From Eledone cirrhosa (lineage: Eukaryota): a DNA stretch of 64,000 bases. The stretch is taken from contig OZ024743.1 in the NCBI GenBank assembly GCA_964016885.1, positions 374,790,001 to 374,854,000 on the forward strand, in the 5' to 3' direction. Of this stretch, positions 43,179 through 56,393 are shown piece by piece; within the stretch, counting starts at the first letter, position 1; each line of letters starts with the position of its first letter. The notes under the pieces are model-generated. The model saw nothing but the letters and a program-made list of their open reading frames with translations, did no database searches and was not told the origin of the DNA. Made by a program: the position numbers and the translations under genes.

Positions 43179-44409
43179 AACGAAGGTACTGTATTCTGAG
43201 AGAAGTAACACATCTCCTCCCCGGAAAATGGGTTTCATCCAGCTCTTGATAATTCAAAATAAAAAAAAACACCTTAATGAAATACTTGAGTATTTTGTAG
43301 ACAAAACGCTGATGTGGAGAAGCTGAGATGAAATTAGAAAGATCAGAGAAAAGATAGATTATTGATGAAGGGCTCGGAGAGAGTTTAGGTTTTGCTAGAT
43401 TATGGGTCTTTATTTGCCACACTCTGAACCAAGAACGTCTTAATGGGGATTTTGGAATCAGGTGCCTTAAAATGTAAGGAGGATTTCGAGTAGATATGCA
43501 AATCAGACTGTATGGTGCCCTGACCAACGCAGAGGGCGTCATGCCATTTATGTGTACGTTGTGTGCTCATATTTTAACTGTATCTTGTTTAACTTATTCA
43601 CATACACACAATATCGGTGGATGTGGAAATGGAAAGAGGAAAACACTGCTCAATCAGGTATGAGAGCTGATATATCATATTATTCATTTATGTTCATATA
43701 GGGAACAAAAACCCTATCTAAGGTTTCAATGCCCAATTATGACCATATACCCAGATTGTAAGAGTGGTTGAACGAGTTTGATGACACCGTTAAAAATATG
43801 GCGTGTTAATCGCTTCTTTACGAAAACGTAGTATAACAAAGGGAAATAATTCAAAGATGTAAAATTGAAATGACAATATTAGTGTTCGTAGATTAGTGTG
43901 TAGCATTATGTGATGGTAAGTAATATTGACTTATTTATATTTATTAAGCTTTAGAGTTGAGTAGCAAAGGTGTGGATAAGTGCGGAAAACCAAAAGTTAT
44001 TAAGAAAGTATAGAAATCAATATTAAGAGGCATGAAAATCATTTGAATTCATTGAGTGATTAGCTAGGAATTGGTCTTCCGATGTAGACATCCTCTAAAA
44101 AATTCGTTCTTGAAGTTCAAATAATTATTGTATAAACTTTGTAATATCTTAAACTCTTCACAGACGCTCTGAACCTTTCAAGTACCTTCCAAGTAATCTT
44201 ATGTAGGACTCCTTTCTTCTTTAATTTTCAGGCTCTGTTTGTCAGGTCCGTGCTGGTTTTCATATCAGGGTTCCAGAAAGAGTGAAAAGGCGAGTAAAAA
44301 CATTGTTTAAAACGATCCTGCATTATACCCACTTACCATTCGCTAACTTCAGAATTTTATGTGATAAGTGTAATCTCTGCCTCACACAATGGAATTATAT
44401 TTTATTTCT

Positions 44410-44550
44410 CTTGGAGGGGGAAGTTCTCATTAATCCTACAAGGGCAACTTGAATTTACACGAATTTATGTAAACACCCATTGTCCCCGTTTTTGTTTTGT
44501 CCTCTATGTTCGGCCCTTGTGGTCAATTATAAAGAAAGTATTATTATTAT
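44410..44550 (+). mobile_element. Tx1-like 3' UTR fragment
   Basis: ggcccttgtggtcaattataaagaaagt followed by (att)n. Confidence 0.55.
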
Positions 44551-44589
44551 TGTTGTTGTTGTTGTTATGGTTATTAGCATTTTTAGTAT

Positions 44590-44726
44590 TATTCAAATCC
44601 CGTCGAGGTTAGCTTTGCCTTTCATCCTTACGGGGTCGATAAAATAAAGTACTTGTCACGCACTGGGGTCGATTTAATCGACTTTCCCCTCTCCCCAAAT
44701 TTCTGATTTTGTGCATTAATCAGAAA

Positions 44727-44760
<34 letters not shown>
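44590..44760 (+). mobile_element. 5'-truncated SINE whose (ATT)n tail abuts the Tx1 element
   Basis: B-box remnant ttcaaatccc, core, agaaatc followed by (att)n. Confidence 0.8.
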
Positions 44761-44979
44761 CTTTGAATGCTATGGTTGACGGAGGCTCGGCTCTGTAAGG
44801 TATTGTAAATTTTGACCGCTATAACAATTGTAAATTGTTTAAAACTTTAACCAAATTGTAGACAAAAACACCCTCCTCCTCGTGAGAGGGGTCTTTCTGC
44901 CCGTTATTTGGCCCTTCGGGGTTAAATAACCGCTTATTGGGGTTTTGTGCCCAATATTTATTTTAAACAAAAAAAAAAC

Positions 44980-47140
44980 ATGGCTACGAAAAAGAATTTT
45001 CATAGGTCACTCCCACTCATTCCGTCTTCTTCTTCCTCAATCGCCACTACAGCAGAGAGAAGATTGTCTCTCTCCCTCCCTTCTCCAAATGTGTCTCTCT
45101 CCCTCCCTTCTCTTTCGCAAGCGACGCCAGAAAAGAAAAATCACGTGCAAAGCGTGCAAGATTTCTCCACGACGACGACAACGACGAAAAAGGTGTGCGG
45201 GAAATACGAAAACTCATTTCATTCGTCTGACGTCAGGAATAATAGCAGTAGCAGCCGTAATAACAGCAGCAGCAGCAATAGTGACAAGGAAAACAACAGT
45301 AGCAGCCGCAACAGGATCAGCAGCAGCATAAACAACAACAGCATTAGCAGCAACGGCAACAACAGCAGCAGCAGCAACAACAACAACAACCACAGCAACA
45401 GCGGCGGCGGCAGTAGTCGTAGTACCTGCAGCAACAACAAAAGTAACAGCAGCTCTGACGACAACAACAACAACAATAGCAGCAAAGAAAAACCAATCTC
45501 GTTTGCAGGTATCGCAAAGAACCTGGAAACCATCCTCATAAAAAATGAGGAATTAGAGGAAGCGAAGAAGATGATGACGAAAACCGGACACCGAGCAATC
45601 TGCAAGGCAGCCGAAAATTTTTTCGAAACCAACAGCACTGTACAGTCACGTACCGTACAGTAAGCACAAAATCCCGTAGGGTTGAAAGAGCCACAGAGGC
45701 TCAAATACAAAAAGCCTTAGGGTCTGTGTGGCAGCGGAAAACGCACATCACCCGAGGCAAGAAATATGCCACCGTAGACGTGCTTTTGCCACACCCCAGG
45801 AGGCAAAGGCTCAATCCTTAGTGACCCTAAGGAGCGAGGAAATGGTGTTGGTGCCCTCCTACTGCGGGCAAAAAATTGTGAGGGTTTAAACTGACCCACG
45901 TACCCCCGGGATGGCCCCTTCTTGGATGGCCGCGTCTGTCCTCGTCGAAATCGAGGACAAAACAACTGTACTGCAAGTACAGAAAAAAGTAAGAGAAGAT
46001 TGGGTCGGCACCTCCATGTTAATCCAAACCAACCAGGAGTGCATCGAAGCTATCCCGGATGTGATAGACTTCGATAATGGCACTCAACTGCCCATAAGTG
46101 TTGAGGGCAAACACCCGAAATGCTTTCGCTGTGGATCGAAGACTCACCTCAGGGCCTTCTGCAACGAGAAGACCCTGAGAAAGGAAAAAAAACCCTCCTT
46201 CCGAAACCGGCTCCACGGCTACCAGCAACAGGACAAGCGGCAACCAGGAACGATAGGTCCGTGGCACCCATACTCACACCACGGAAATCAAGAACAGCAG
46301 TAGCAGTGGAAGTATTAACAACAACAACAACAGCAATACCAAATGCAGCTGCAACAGAGACTCCACTGCAAACATCACCAGCAACAACAAGTGAAAGAGT
46401 GGAGCTGGTACCCCCCCCCCCCCGACCTCACAGAATCAGACATGGAGTGTGAGGTGGGAGAGGGATGGCAAAAGGTCGCAAGAAGACACAAACGCAGAAG
46501 CAGCGCATCGTCGCCTTCGAAAAAGGAGGAAAGAAATGAAAAAAGAGTAAAGGCTACTGCAAAGAGACTCACAGCAGCAACACCACCAACACCATCACCA
46601 CCCACACTAGCACCACCATCACCACCGGCGACAACCCCACCGCCAACAACAACACCTTCAACACCACCACCACAAGCACCAACATCGCAAACAGAACAAC
46701 AAAACACACACACCCAGCAACAACGACAAGAAAATAGCAGAACCACACCCACCCCCAGAAAAACAAATGCACGGCAATAAATACACACAACAAGAAACTA
46801 ATGACTTACATAATTGAACACACAGGCATTTCACAGCACGACTACATAATACCAGCACTAATCAAAACGCCAACGAACATAAGACTGCTAAAAATAGCAC
46901 AGAAACAATACACAAACATTAAAACGAAATTCCCCAACGCATTGGTGATTTCAGAGACCTAGGAGGGACTCTCAACCGGAGAGTATATTCGGACATACTC
47001 ATAGAAGAGCCGACGACCAGCCGAAGGGACGATTCAACGGTCCCTTCACCAGACGATCAAGTGAAAAGGGATGGAGAAACCATCCTTCCTCTACGAAAAG
47101 TACGGTAAGTGGTTTTTCCCATCTTTCCACTCTATTTTAA
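44980..47140 (+). pseudogene. Tx1 ORF1 (gag-like), frameshifted
   Basis: S/N low-complexity N-terminus, ISFAGIA motif, zinc knuckle CFRCGSKTHLRAFC (46121-46162), P/T-rich C-terminal region; several stops. Confidence 0.7.
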
Positions 47141-47142
47141 AC

Positions 47143-48902
47143 ATGACCTCACTCAGAATAGGCAGCATAAATGCGCGTGGCTTGGGGTCGTCATGGAAGC
47201 AGGGTCACCTGCTCAACGACCTCAGGTCACTAAACATAGATGTAGTGGCCATCAGCGAGGCCATAATCTCCGAAGCAGGGGCCTTCGCACCGATCTTCGG
47301 CGGCTACGATGTGTACGCATCTCCCAGCCGTCCTGGATCGGGGGGAGGAGTTGCTATGCTTTTTCGGAGAGGTTTGGATCTCGCCATACGGGCCATCTTC
47401 CTGGAACCAGAGGGTAAGTTGGTGGTGCTGGACGTGACCAGCGAAGACGGGCAAGCTTTCAGGCTAGTGGCCGTCTATGCCCCGACAGGAGCAGGGTGGC
47501 CTGATTTCTTCCGGCGTCTGTAGACCTTTCTTGGAACGTCCCGCTCTTTAGTGTTAGTGGGCGACTGGAACGGGATCTTAGATGCACGCTGGGACTGTGT
47601 GGGATTAGCGGATAGGGGTGGAGGGTGCAAGAGCCTCACCAACCTGCTCAGGCGTTTTGAACTGTCTGACAGGTACCGATTGGATTTCTCGAATGTGCCA
47701 ATGTGGACTTGGACAAATCGGATAGGGTCATCCAGATCATATCTAGATAGAGGATTTTGTAGGGAAATAGATAGGTCTAGCATAGGCTGTCCACAATTCA
47801 AGTTAGTCAGCTACACGGACCACAAATTCGTGATCTGTGTGCTTGACTTAGATAGACTTCATAGACGAGGACCCGGCTACTGGCAGCTAAACGCGTCCTT
47901 ACCAGCGCGCAAGGCCTACAGAGACCGGATTAGCGAGCTAGTTAAGCGGGCGTTGACGGGGGCCATCGTCAACAACAAGTGGTGGTTTGCTCTGAAAAGA
48001 GCGATTAGAATAGAATCCATTAGGTTTAGTAAGGCTTTAGCAATAGAGAAAAATAGAGCAGAGGGAGACCTAGTTAGAAAATTAGACGAGGCGCTTAGCA
48101 AAGGCATTGCGACCGACGCGCTTGCGGCGAAATTGGCCCTTGACCAATTCTTCAATGCAAAGCACGAAGGCTGCGTTGTCAGAGCTAGGGTGCGTGCTCT
48201 CAGATACGAGGGGACGAAAGCCGTTCAATGGGCCCGAGTGGCGGAGGCGCGTCGTGGCAACAAAGCCACGATCCGGTCTTTGGTGGACCACGACGGGCGC
48301 ATGCTACTCGATCCCGGGCAAATGTGTGAAGCTTTTCAGCGACACTTCACTCAGCTGTTCGAGGGCAGCGGTGGTCCGGGTCGAGGGATGGACTTTAGTG
48401 TCTACCTCGACGGACTGCCGCGGCTCTCGGCCACTGAGGCGGAGTGTTGCGAAAAGCCGATAACAGCCGCTGAAGTAAGGGAGGCATGACTGGCTGCACA
48501 AGGGGTAAATCGCCTGGTTTGGATGGTCTGCCCTATGAACTTCACGTACTGATGCCAGACTTGTTCGGAGGCCTCTTGGCGGACGTCTACTGCAACTGGC
48601 AACAGAACGGGAGAATTCCCAGTTCTGTGAGCCGAGGAGCGGTGGCACTGCTGAGAAAGGATCCGAACAAGGGAGATAACATAGATAATTTCAGGCCCAT
48701 AACTCTGCTAAACACAGAGTTCAAGATTTTGGCCAAGGTGCTAGCAAAGAGGTTGGCGCTTGTCGTTGGTGGTCTGGTGGGAGAGGCGCAGACATGCGCC
48801 ATTCCCGACAGATCCATCCACGACAACCTCCACCTCATGCGATATATCGTAGAGAGGGTAGCTAGGGAACCTGGCACGGGTGGATCCTTGATCAATTTAG
48901 AA
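47143..48902 (+). pseudogene. Tx1 ORF2, N-terminal part (APE endonuclease and start of RT)
   Basis: SINARG, VYAP, GDWN, SYLDR, TDHK, KSPGLDG, NFRPITLLN; stop at 47521 and frameshift near 48487. Confidence 0.9.
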
Positions 48903-49148
48903 TTTAGCAGTATGGATTATAGATGTTATTGAGACACGAGTGACATAATAATGATTTCAACAGCAGAAATTAGAGATGAAATATATGTTTATTTTTGATA
49001 TAGCACAAACAATGGTGTGGTACAGAGGTTGGTTTCTGGCGTGTGATCAGTCTGCTTTCCAGTGGCTGTCTGTTTTATTTCTCGTGTTCTGAACCAGCGG
49101 GAGATAACTAGGGTTGTTCTATCAAGAGGCGTGAGGCGTCTTACTACA
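48903..49148 (-). repeat. Gypsy 3' LTR
   Basis: Direct repeat of 54205-54450. Confidence 0.95.
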
Positions 49149-49449
49149 GTATCCCCTGCCAGATTTTCAAATCAGCGAAAATCGATGTCATTACTCACAT
49201 GTGGAGTAAGATGGCGAACAATGGAACAAGGGGGAGTTATTCGCTCTACCAAAAATTGAATCCAGAACAAGGATTTGAAAAATGTTAAAAACAACAACAA
49301 CATGCATGCATAAAAAACAAGGCAAAGAAAAAGTAGAAACACAGAGGCAAAAAAAAAAGGTGCAGCTAACATTGTCTAAATATAGACGGTGCTGCAAAAT
49401 CTTTTGGGCCAGTGGACCCTACGACGTGAACGGGTCGTGGTCTTGTAAC

Positions 49450-52400
49450 GTGGCGATGGTGGTGGTGTAGGGACAGGCGATGATGGTGGTTCAGGAACAG
49501 GCGTTCGCTCAACAGGCAAATACGAAGGGGTTCGTGGATCAGGAACCACAGCGTCCGTGTCAAGGTGCGCCTGCTTAAGCCTGTCTATTGTAACCGTCTC
49601 CCTGGACCCCTTAATATCTAACGTGAAATGCTTAGCCGAGCGCGCTAAGACACGGTAAGGTCCAGTGTAAGGCTATGTGAGCGGTGGCTTCACAGAATCT
49701 TTCCTTACAAAGACATGCGTCCACGAGGCAATACCCCTCGGGACAGCAGTCTTGACAGTTTGTTTCCTAGTGTCCATTGGCGGCAGATCCTGGAAATAGG
49801 AGCGCAAACGGGACACGGAGGAAGCGTGATCTTGCGCATCAAGATCGATAGGAGCAAGCATTTGCCCGGGCAACGTCAGAGGGGCACCGTATAGTACTTC
49901 GGCCGGTGAAAATCCAAAGTCGACCTTCACCGTTGACCGAATCCCTAGTAGCACAATAGGGAGGTACTCGCTCCAATGCGCCGAGTCCATTGAGGCCATT
50001 AAGGAGGCCTTCAGTTGTCGGTGAAAACGCTCCACCATACCATTCGAAGCGGGATGGTACGCCGTAGTTCTAATGCGTTTAGCACCAATTAATTTTGACA
50101 GCTCGAGGAAAAGGCTCGACTCGAACTGTCGTCCACGGTCGGTAGTTATTGTGGATGGAACTCCATAACGAGAGATCCATCCAGACACAAGAGCATGTGC
50201 TGTTGTCTCCGCGGTGATGTTTTTCAAGGGATGGCCTCAGGCCATCTCGAAAAACGGTCAATGACGGTCAGCAGATAAGAAAAACCATCGCTGACAGGCC
50301 AAGGTCCCACTATGTCAATATGAATATGTGAAAAACGCGCACCTGGGTTAGCAAAGGTACCCAGGGGAGCCTTGACGTGTTGATGGACCTTTGATCTCTG
50401 GCAAGCGACGCAGGAACGGCACCAAGCAGCAATTTCACGCCTCATATTTGGCCAGAAAAATCTAGCTGATATGAGCTTTGCTGTAGCAGAAGATCCTGGA
50501 TGCGAGATACTATGTAATGCCAGAAACACGGTCCGACGATGATTCTCTGGAACGAAGGGCCTAGGCACGTCCAAAGAGACGTCGCAGAGAATTTGGTCAA
50601 CTGCAGTCGACAGAGGCAAGTATTTCATCTCGCAATTCGCAAACTCAGGCTATGTAACATCCAATGACTCAAGGGGAGGCTGATCCGCAGCCAAACGAGT
50701 CAGATCTATGTCAGAGGGTGACGAGATCGCTGTCACGGGTAAGCGGGACAAAGCATCGGCCGCTGTATTTAGTGAACCCGGAATGTGCTGGATATCACTC
50801 GTATATTGCGAGATGAAATCAAGGTGTCTCGTCTCTCTGGGCGAGTATTTATCAGCCTTCGCTCTCAAAGCAAAAGTCAATGGTTTATGGTCAGTGAGGA
50901 TAGTAAATTGTCACATGTGAAAAATGTTTCACGGCCAAATAGATGGCTAAAAGCTCTCTTCCAAAGGTGCTGTAGCGCGTCTCAGCAGGTTTCAGCTTTC
51001 TGGAAAAAAACTCCAGCGGTTGCTGGTAACCATTGATGTTTTGCTGTAGTACTGCGCCCACAGCGATATCCGATGCATCAACACAAAGCGTTAGCTTTGC
51101 ACCGGGTACCGGGTGAGTCAGTAACGAAGCATTAGCCAAAGCAGTTTTGGCTGTGCTGAAAATCAGCAAGTTGAGTGTCTGTCAAAGAAATATCTTTGTT
51201 CTTCCTCCGACAATTTTTCAAAATTTCTGTCAGGGAGAAAAGCAATTTTGCACAATTTGGCACGAAACGCCTATAAAAGTTAATCAGACCTAAGAACTGG
51301 CGTAACTGACGTAGTGAGGTCGGTGGAGGCAAATCCTCTATGACCTTAACTCGCTCAGGCCGGGGTCGAATACTGTCAGCATCGATGACGTGACCCAAGA
51401 AAGTCAGTGACTCAGCACCAAAAACACATTTGGGTGCATTAAGCTGCACGTTATACGCCTTCAATCGGCGGAAAAGAAGATTCAAATGGTGCGTATGTTG
51501 CTCTTGAGAAGAACTAGCAATGAGCAGGTCGTCAATATAGGTATAGACGAAATCGAGGCCGCGAGTAACCTCATCCATAAACCGCTGAAAAGTACTAGCG
51601 GCATTCCTTAATCCGAACGGGATAGTCTAAAACTCGAATGACCCAAATGGCGTAACTATATCCGTTTTTGGAATGTCATTTTTATGGACAGGAATTTGAT
51701 GGTACGCACGAATTAAATCCAGTTTGGAGAATATCTTGCATCCCTGCAACGAAGACGCAAAGTCTTGCAGATGAGGGATAGGATAACGGTCCGGTACCGT
51801 TATCGAATTTAGGCGTCGATAATCTCCAGTAGGTCTCCAATCGCCATTCGCTTTCGGTACCATGTGTAATGGGGAGCCCACGGGCTCGTGGACGGACGAA
51901 TAATCCCCATTTGCAGCATATGATCAAACTCTGATCGTGCTGCTTTGAGTTTGTCCGGAGGCAAGCGACGAGGACGAGAAAAAACGGGAGCACCAGTTGT
52001 AGATATGAAGTGCTCCGTGATATGAGTTGGTTCATCAACTCGAAAATTTCCCCGAGTCAGTTGCGGGAACGAGTTCAACAACGCATGGTAAGGATCACCG
52101 GTGTTAGCAAGAAAAAAGGTCGGGCTAACCGTTGGAACTCCTGCTGCCTTGCCAACAACAGTTAATCCAGTGATGCCATCAATTAGGCGTTTACGACGGA
52201 GGTCCACCGGCAATGAAAAATGGTGGAGAAAATCCGCGCCTAGAATCGGATACGGCAAGGCAGCGACAGTAAATATCCATTTAAACTCGCGCCGCAGATT
52301 ACGAAACTGCAAAGGTAACGAGATTTGTCCGAAAGTTCGAATCGGCGAACAATTTACTGCCTGCAACTCAATAGGTGTCTCAGGGGGAGTCTCCTTCATA

Positions 52401-52560
52401 CAACACACAGGCCATACTGAACAAACTGCACCTGTGTCAACCAGGAAAGCTCTACCTGACAGCAGGTCCTCAATGAAAAAGTGGCGGTTGGATGTTGTTT
52501 CGCAGAGTGCACTATCCGCCGTTAGTGACTCTGGTTGTCTTTTCCCTCGTAAGCACAAGG
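49450..52560 (-). pseudogene. Gypsy pol (protease, RT, RNase H, integrase)
   Basis: LVDTGA; DYRRLN, KLDL..AYHQ, YIDD; VDAS..ELLA; HxxxH..Cxx[25 protein letters not shown]; multiple frameshifts. Confidence 0.95.
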
Positions 52561-53303
52561 AGGCCTACAATGGGCGGTTTTTTTACCATATCTGTCATGG
52601 TAATAACAATATGGTGTTTCTGGTGTGTTGGAAGGGCTACGGTGGCGAGGAGTTGAATAACGTCGTGAGCGGCTCCTCTGCCGTCCAAAAAACCTGAATT
52701 CCTGGCACAACTCTGCCATTTGACGAGTCAAGTGCTTCCATTGTGGTGATTAATTTGTCATCAGACGCTGATGAGCGTGATTGAGGAAGAGAAGAGGAAG
52801 CAACGTACTTTGGCTTCGAAGTGTCTCTCTTCGTCACTTCTACAATTTTGTCAGCAGAGACAGCAATGTGATCGAGGGTATTTACCTCTAGCATATGGGC
52901 TAGGATCGCCTGTACCTCTTGAGGTAGGCAAGAGAAGAACAATTGCTTCAGGAAAGGGCTATCCTGATCTTGGGAATCGCTCAAATCCCGCAAATGCCGG
53001 AGAAAAGCGGTAGGGGTCCTGTCACCTAATCGTTCGTCCTCGATCAATGACCGAAAACGACTCTCTACCGACTTACAATTCCTCCTCAAAATCTCGCCCT
53101 TCAAAGACTCATACGTTAAGTCAGAGGGGGGGGGGGTCTGTAATTAGGTCTTGGACCGAATCTGCTATATTAGGGGGAAGTCCGCTAATCAGTACAGCGA
53201 GGCGCTGGTCAGATTCGGTCTTACAGACCGTAAAATACGCCTGTAACTGGGCAAACCACATCTTAGGTTTTCCAGTAAAGGCGGGCAAATGTGGCACATT
53301 CAT
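52522..53303 (-). pseudogene. Gypsy gag, frameshifted
   Basis: P..F...PKMWFAQ..AYF, LGDRTPTAFLRHL, CYYHDRYG...CRPPC. Confidence 0.85.
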
Positions 53304-53796
53304 GGTAACGTTTAAAATTAAAAAAAATATATGTACATATATATCTAAACAGCAATTAATGTACCCTCGTACAGTGAAAAGCGAACAGCCAAAATTGAGA
53401 AAAAGTTAAAGGTCAAAAAGAAACAGACATTCAAAACATTAGGAAATATGAAAAATACATAAAATACATATATATATCTTTTTTAAAAAAAATTTTCCTT
53501 CAACGTCTGTCCCCTCGTGTTGCTTCAACGAACCAGCCAAATCAAATAAGGTAAAAAAGAGGAAAAGAAATGTTTGTTTTAGAATATATCCACGTTGGAT
53601 ATCAACAAATGTAGCCAGTGGCTAAAAATCCCTTAGAAAAAGGTAAGGCATGTATATCCCCTGCGGGGCAGTAATGTTCACAAAAAAAGTTTCTTCTCTT
53701 CTCTCTTGATCAGTCATGGAACACACACGCAGTTCCAAAAATGTCCCCGTCGGAAATTACAAAACGGGGAAGGAACGCAACACCACCTTGGAAAAA

Positions 53797-53831
<35 letters not shown>

Positions 53832-54204
53832 CTGTAAGTTGCGAAAAGGTTGGCAACGGCAGTGAAATATTCAAGTGAATAAAAAGGGCTGCTTTAAATT
53901 ATTTACACGAATGAATCGTTTTGAAATTTCCGATGTGTGGTGGTTTGCGTCGGTAAGGCTATGAAGCTGCCACTCACTATTCCCTGTTTTGGTCAGTGGT
54001 TAAACAATGTTGTCGCTGCTGCTGCTGTCGTTGTTGTTGTCGAGTGTAGCAAAAAGTTTTTGAAATACTGCTAATTTTTCAAAAAAAACTTTGAAAGGAA
54101 TATATTGTATCTTCGCAAGTTGCGAAAAAGGCCGGCAACGTGGCAATAAAAGTTCAACTGAATGAAAAAGAAGGGCTGCGTTAAATTCTTAAGTCGGTCA
54201 CCAC

Positions 54205-54450
54205 TTTAGCAGTATGGATTATAGATGTTATAATCCATACTGTGACATAATAATGATTTCAACAGCAGAAATTAGAGATGAAATATATGTTTATTTTTGA
54301 TGTAGCACAAACAATGGTGTGGTACAGAGGCTGGTTTCTGGCGTGTGATCAGTCTGCTTTCCAGTGGCTGTCTGTTTTATTTCTCGCGTTCTCAACCAGC
54401 GGGAGATAACTAGGGTTGTTCTATCAAGAGGCGTGAGGCGTCTTACTACA
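54205..54450 (-). repeat. Gypsy 5' LTR
   Basis: Adjacent to the PBS; direct repeat of 48903-49148. Confidence 0.95.
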
Positions 54451-56098
54451 AGATCAGTCGAAAGCTTTCGATAGGGTCGACCATCGTTACCTAGCGGCAG
54501 TCCTGAGGGCGGCTGGCTTTGGGCCTGTCTTCAGAGGCTGGATCGCTGCCATGCACAGCGACATCTGCTCTGTGGTGAGAGTGAACGGTCACCTGTCGGA
54601 ACCGTTCAACATCATGCGCTCGGTCCGCCAAAGATGTCCCCTCTCGTCCCTCTTGTACGTATTGACTCTCGAGCCATTACTGCACAAGCTGGAGACGTTG
54701 AGGGGCGTCCCGCGCGAACTAGGATGCGGAAGATCCGTGTCAGCATATGCGGACGATGTCACCGTAGTGGTGTCGAACGGCAAACACATCGAGGCGATCG
54801 GCACTACACTAAGAGAATACGAAGCGGTGACAGGAGCAGTGATCAACCAGGAAAAGTCAATGGGCCTGCAGCTCGGCACCTGGAGAGGCAGGTCCATGCC
54901 GTCCAACAGCGTCGTCGGACGCTGGACGGACGGACCGGTTAAATTGCTAGGGGTCTGGTTCGGTCCGGACCTCCAGACGGACAAAAACTGGGACGAGGTG
55001 ACGAGCAGGGTGGCTTCTCTCACCCAGAAATGGGCGGAGAGGAAGCTATCCCTGAAAGGTCGAGCGGAGGTGGCTAACGCGTACATCGCGTCTGTCATCT
55101 GCTACCGCCTGACCGTCGTACCTTGTCCTAAGCCTCGCCTGACTGCGCTGGAGCGTTTGCTCTTTCGCTTTTTGTGGAAGGGACGCGCTGCGATGGTCAG
55201 GCGGTCCATCTGCTGTCAACACCCGCTACGTGGAGGGCTGGGCATGCCGTGGCTGATAATGCGCAGACACGCGCTCATGCTACGACGTCTCCACCTCTTC
55301 CTCGACGGTGATCAGGTGTGGTCGCCGTTTGCTAGACACGTATTTCCCCAGCTCGTTTCCTTGACGGAGCTGCAGTCCTGGGTCAAGCGAAGACCGAGAG
55401 GGAGCGCCTGGAGACTGGAATGTCTTCAGGCGCTCACAGCCCTCGACCAATCGGGCAATGTGATCGGTGGAAACTCCACCTCGGCGTTCTATAGAGGATT
55501 AGTGGAGGGGAAGAGCGATGACGTACTTGTGGAAACTCTAGGCGTCGACGAAAATCAACTAGCCAATCTCTTCGGAAGGACTTTCGGGCCGGGGCCTATG
55601 GACAACTTCCAGAAATCCCTGGCCTGGCAGTGCTACCGAGGAGCTTTGCCAGTTCGGGATAAACTCTACAGGCATGGAGGTGCCGTCAGCCGAGCATGTC
55701 CGAGATGCGCGCAGGGCGACGAAACCGTCCTGCGTCCGAAAATTGCTGACTTGTGGGTTTATGTCGAACACCTGCTGTCGCGTGTAGGACGGATCCGGCT
55801 ATCATCTGAGTCCATCGTGAGGATTGCCCCGCCCTCTTCCTTTAGCCGGCAAGGGCAGGCAGTTTTTATCTGTCTGGTGGCCATGGCGAAAGAGATAGTA
55901 TGGTGGACACGCTTGAAAGGGATGAAGACGAGCACTTACCTCTTCGGTGATGCCCTGATTAACTTTTTCAAATTTCATTTGAAAAGGAAAATCAGGGTAG
56001 AGAGGGAAGTGCTCTCTTCCCAGCACTTTGTTGAAAGATGGGTGAGAGAAGCAAGAATGGCCCGAGTGAATGGGCCTACTCTGAGTACGTATCTGTAA
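54451..56098 (+). pseudogene. Tx1 ORF2, C-terminal part (RT and zinc finger)
   Basis: DQSKAFDRV, VRQRCPLS (G to R change), YADD, LLGVWF, GGLG, CPRC..ETV with the H/C part deleted. Confidence 0.9.
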
Positions 56099-56393
56099 AT
56101 TAAAGGTGGAAAACTGGGAGAGGGCACTTGCCTTGGTGGTCAGGGTCACTGTGGCCTTTTACTGGGCTTTCTCCACAAATGTCCCTCCGAAGTCTCCCCC
56201 CTATTGGGGAATTTTTCATTGTTATTTTTTTGTTACATCCTCTGTTTTTGTTCTTTACATGCAGAAATTCCCATTTGTACCGTCCTGTATTGTCCTGCAC
56301 TGTCCTTAATGTCTACTTTATGTAAACCCTTGTGGTTAATAAAGAAATCATTATTATTATTATTTATTATTTATATTATTATTATTGTTGTTA

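Larger units (their letters stand above)
48903..54450 (-). mobile_element. Ty3/Gypsy LTR retrotransposon, full-length, frameshifted
   Basis: Two 246-bp LTRs; PBS tggtgaccgac (54193-54203); PPT-like ggcagggga (49152-49160); gag, PR, RT, RH, IN order; approximate 4-bp TSD agaa/agat. Confidence 0.95.
44761..56350 (+). mobile_element. Probably full-length, decayed Tx1/L1-clade non-LTR retrotransposon interrupted by a Gypsy element
   Basis: ORF1 with a CCHC knuckle, ORF2 APE-RT; (ATT)n on both flanks; ORF2 reading LINL|DQSKAFDRV rejoins across 48903-54450. Confidence 0.9.

Noticed and set aside
53836-54188. ~65-bp diverged direct repeat in the Gypsy leader (53836-53900 and 54117-54188)
   Set aside because: An ordinary leader duplication; no evidence of a distinct function.
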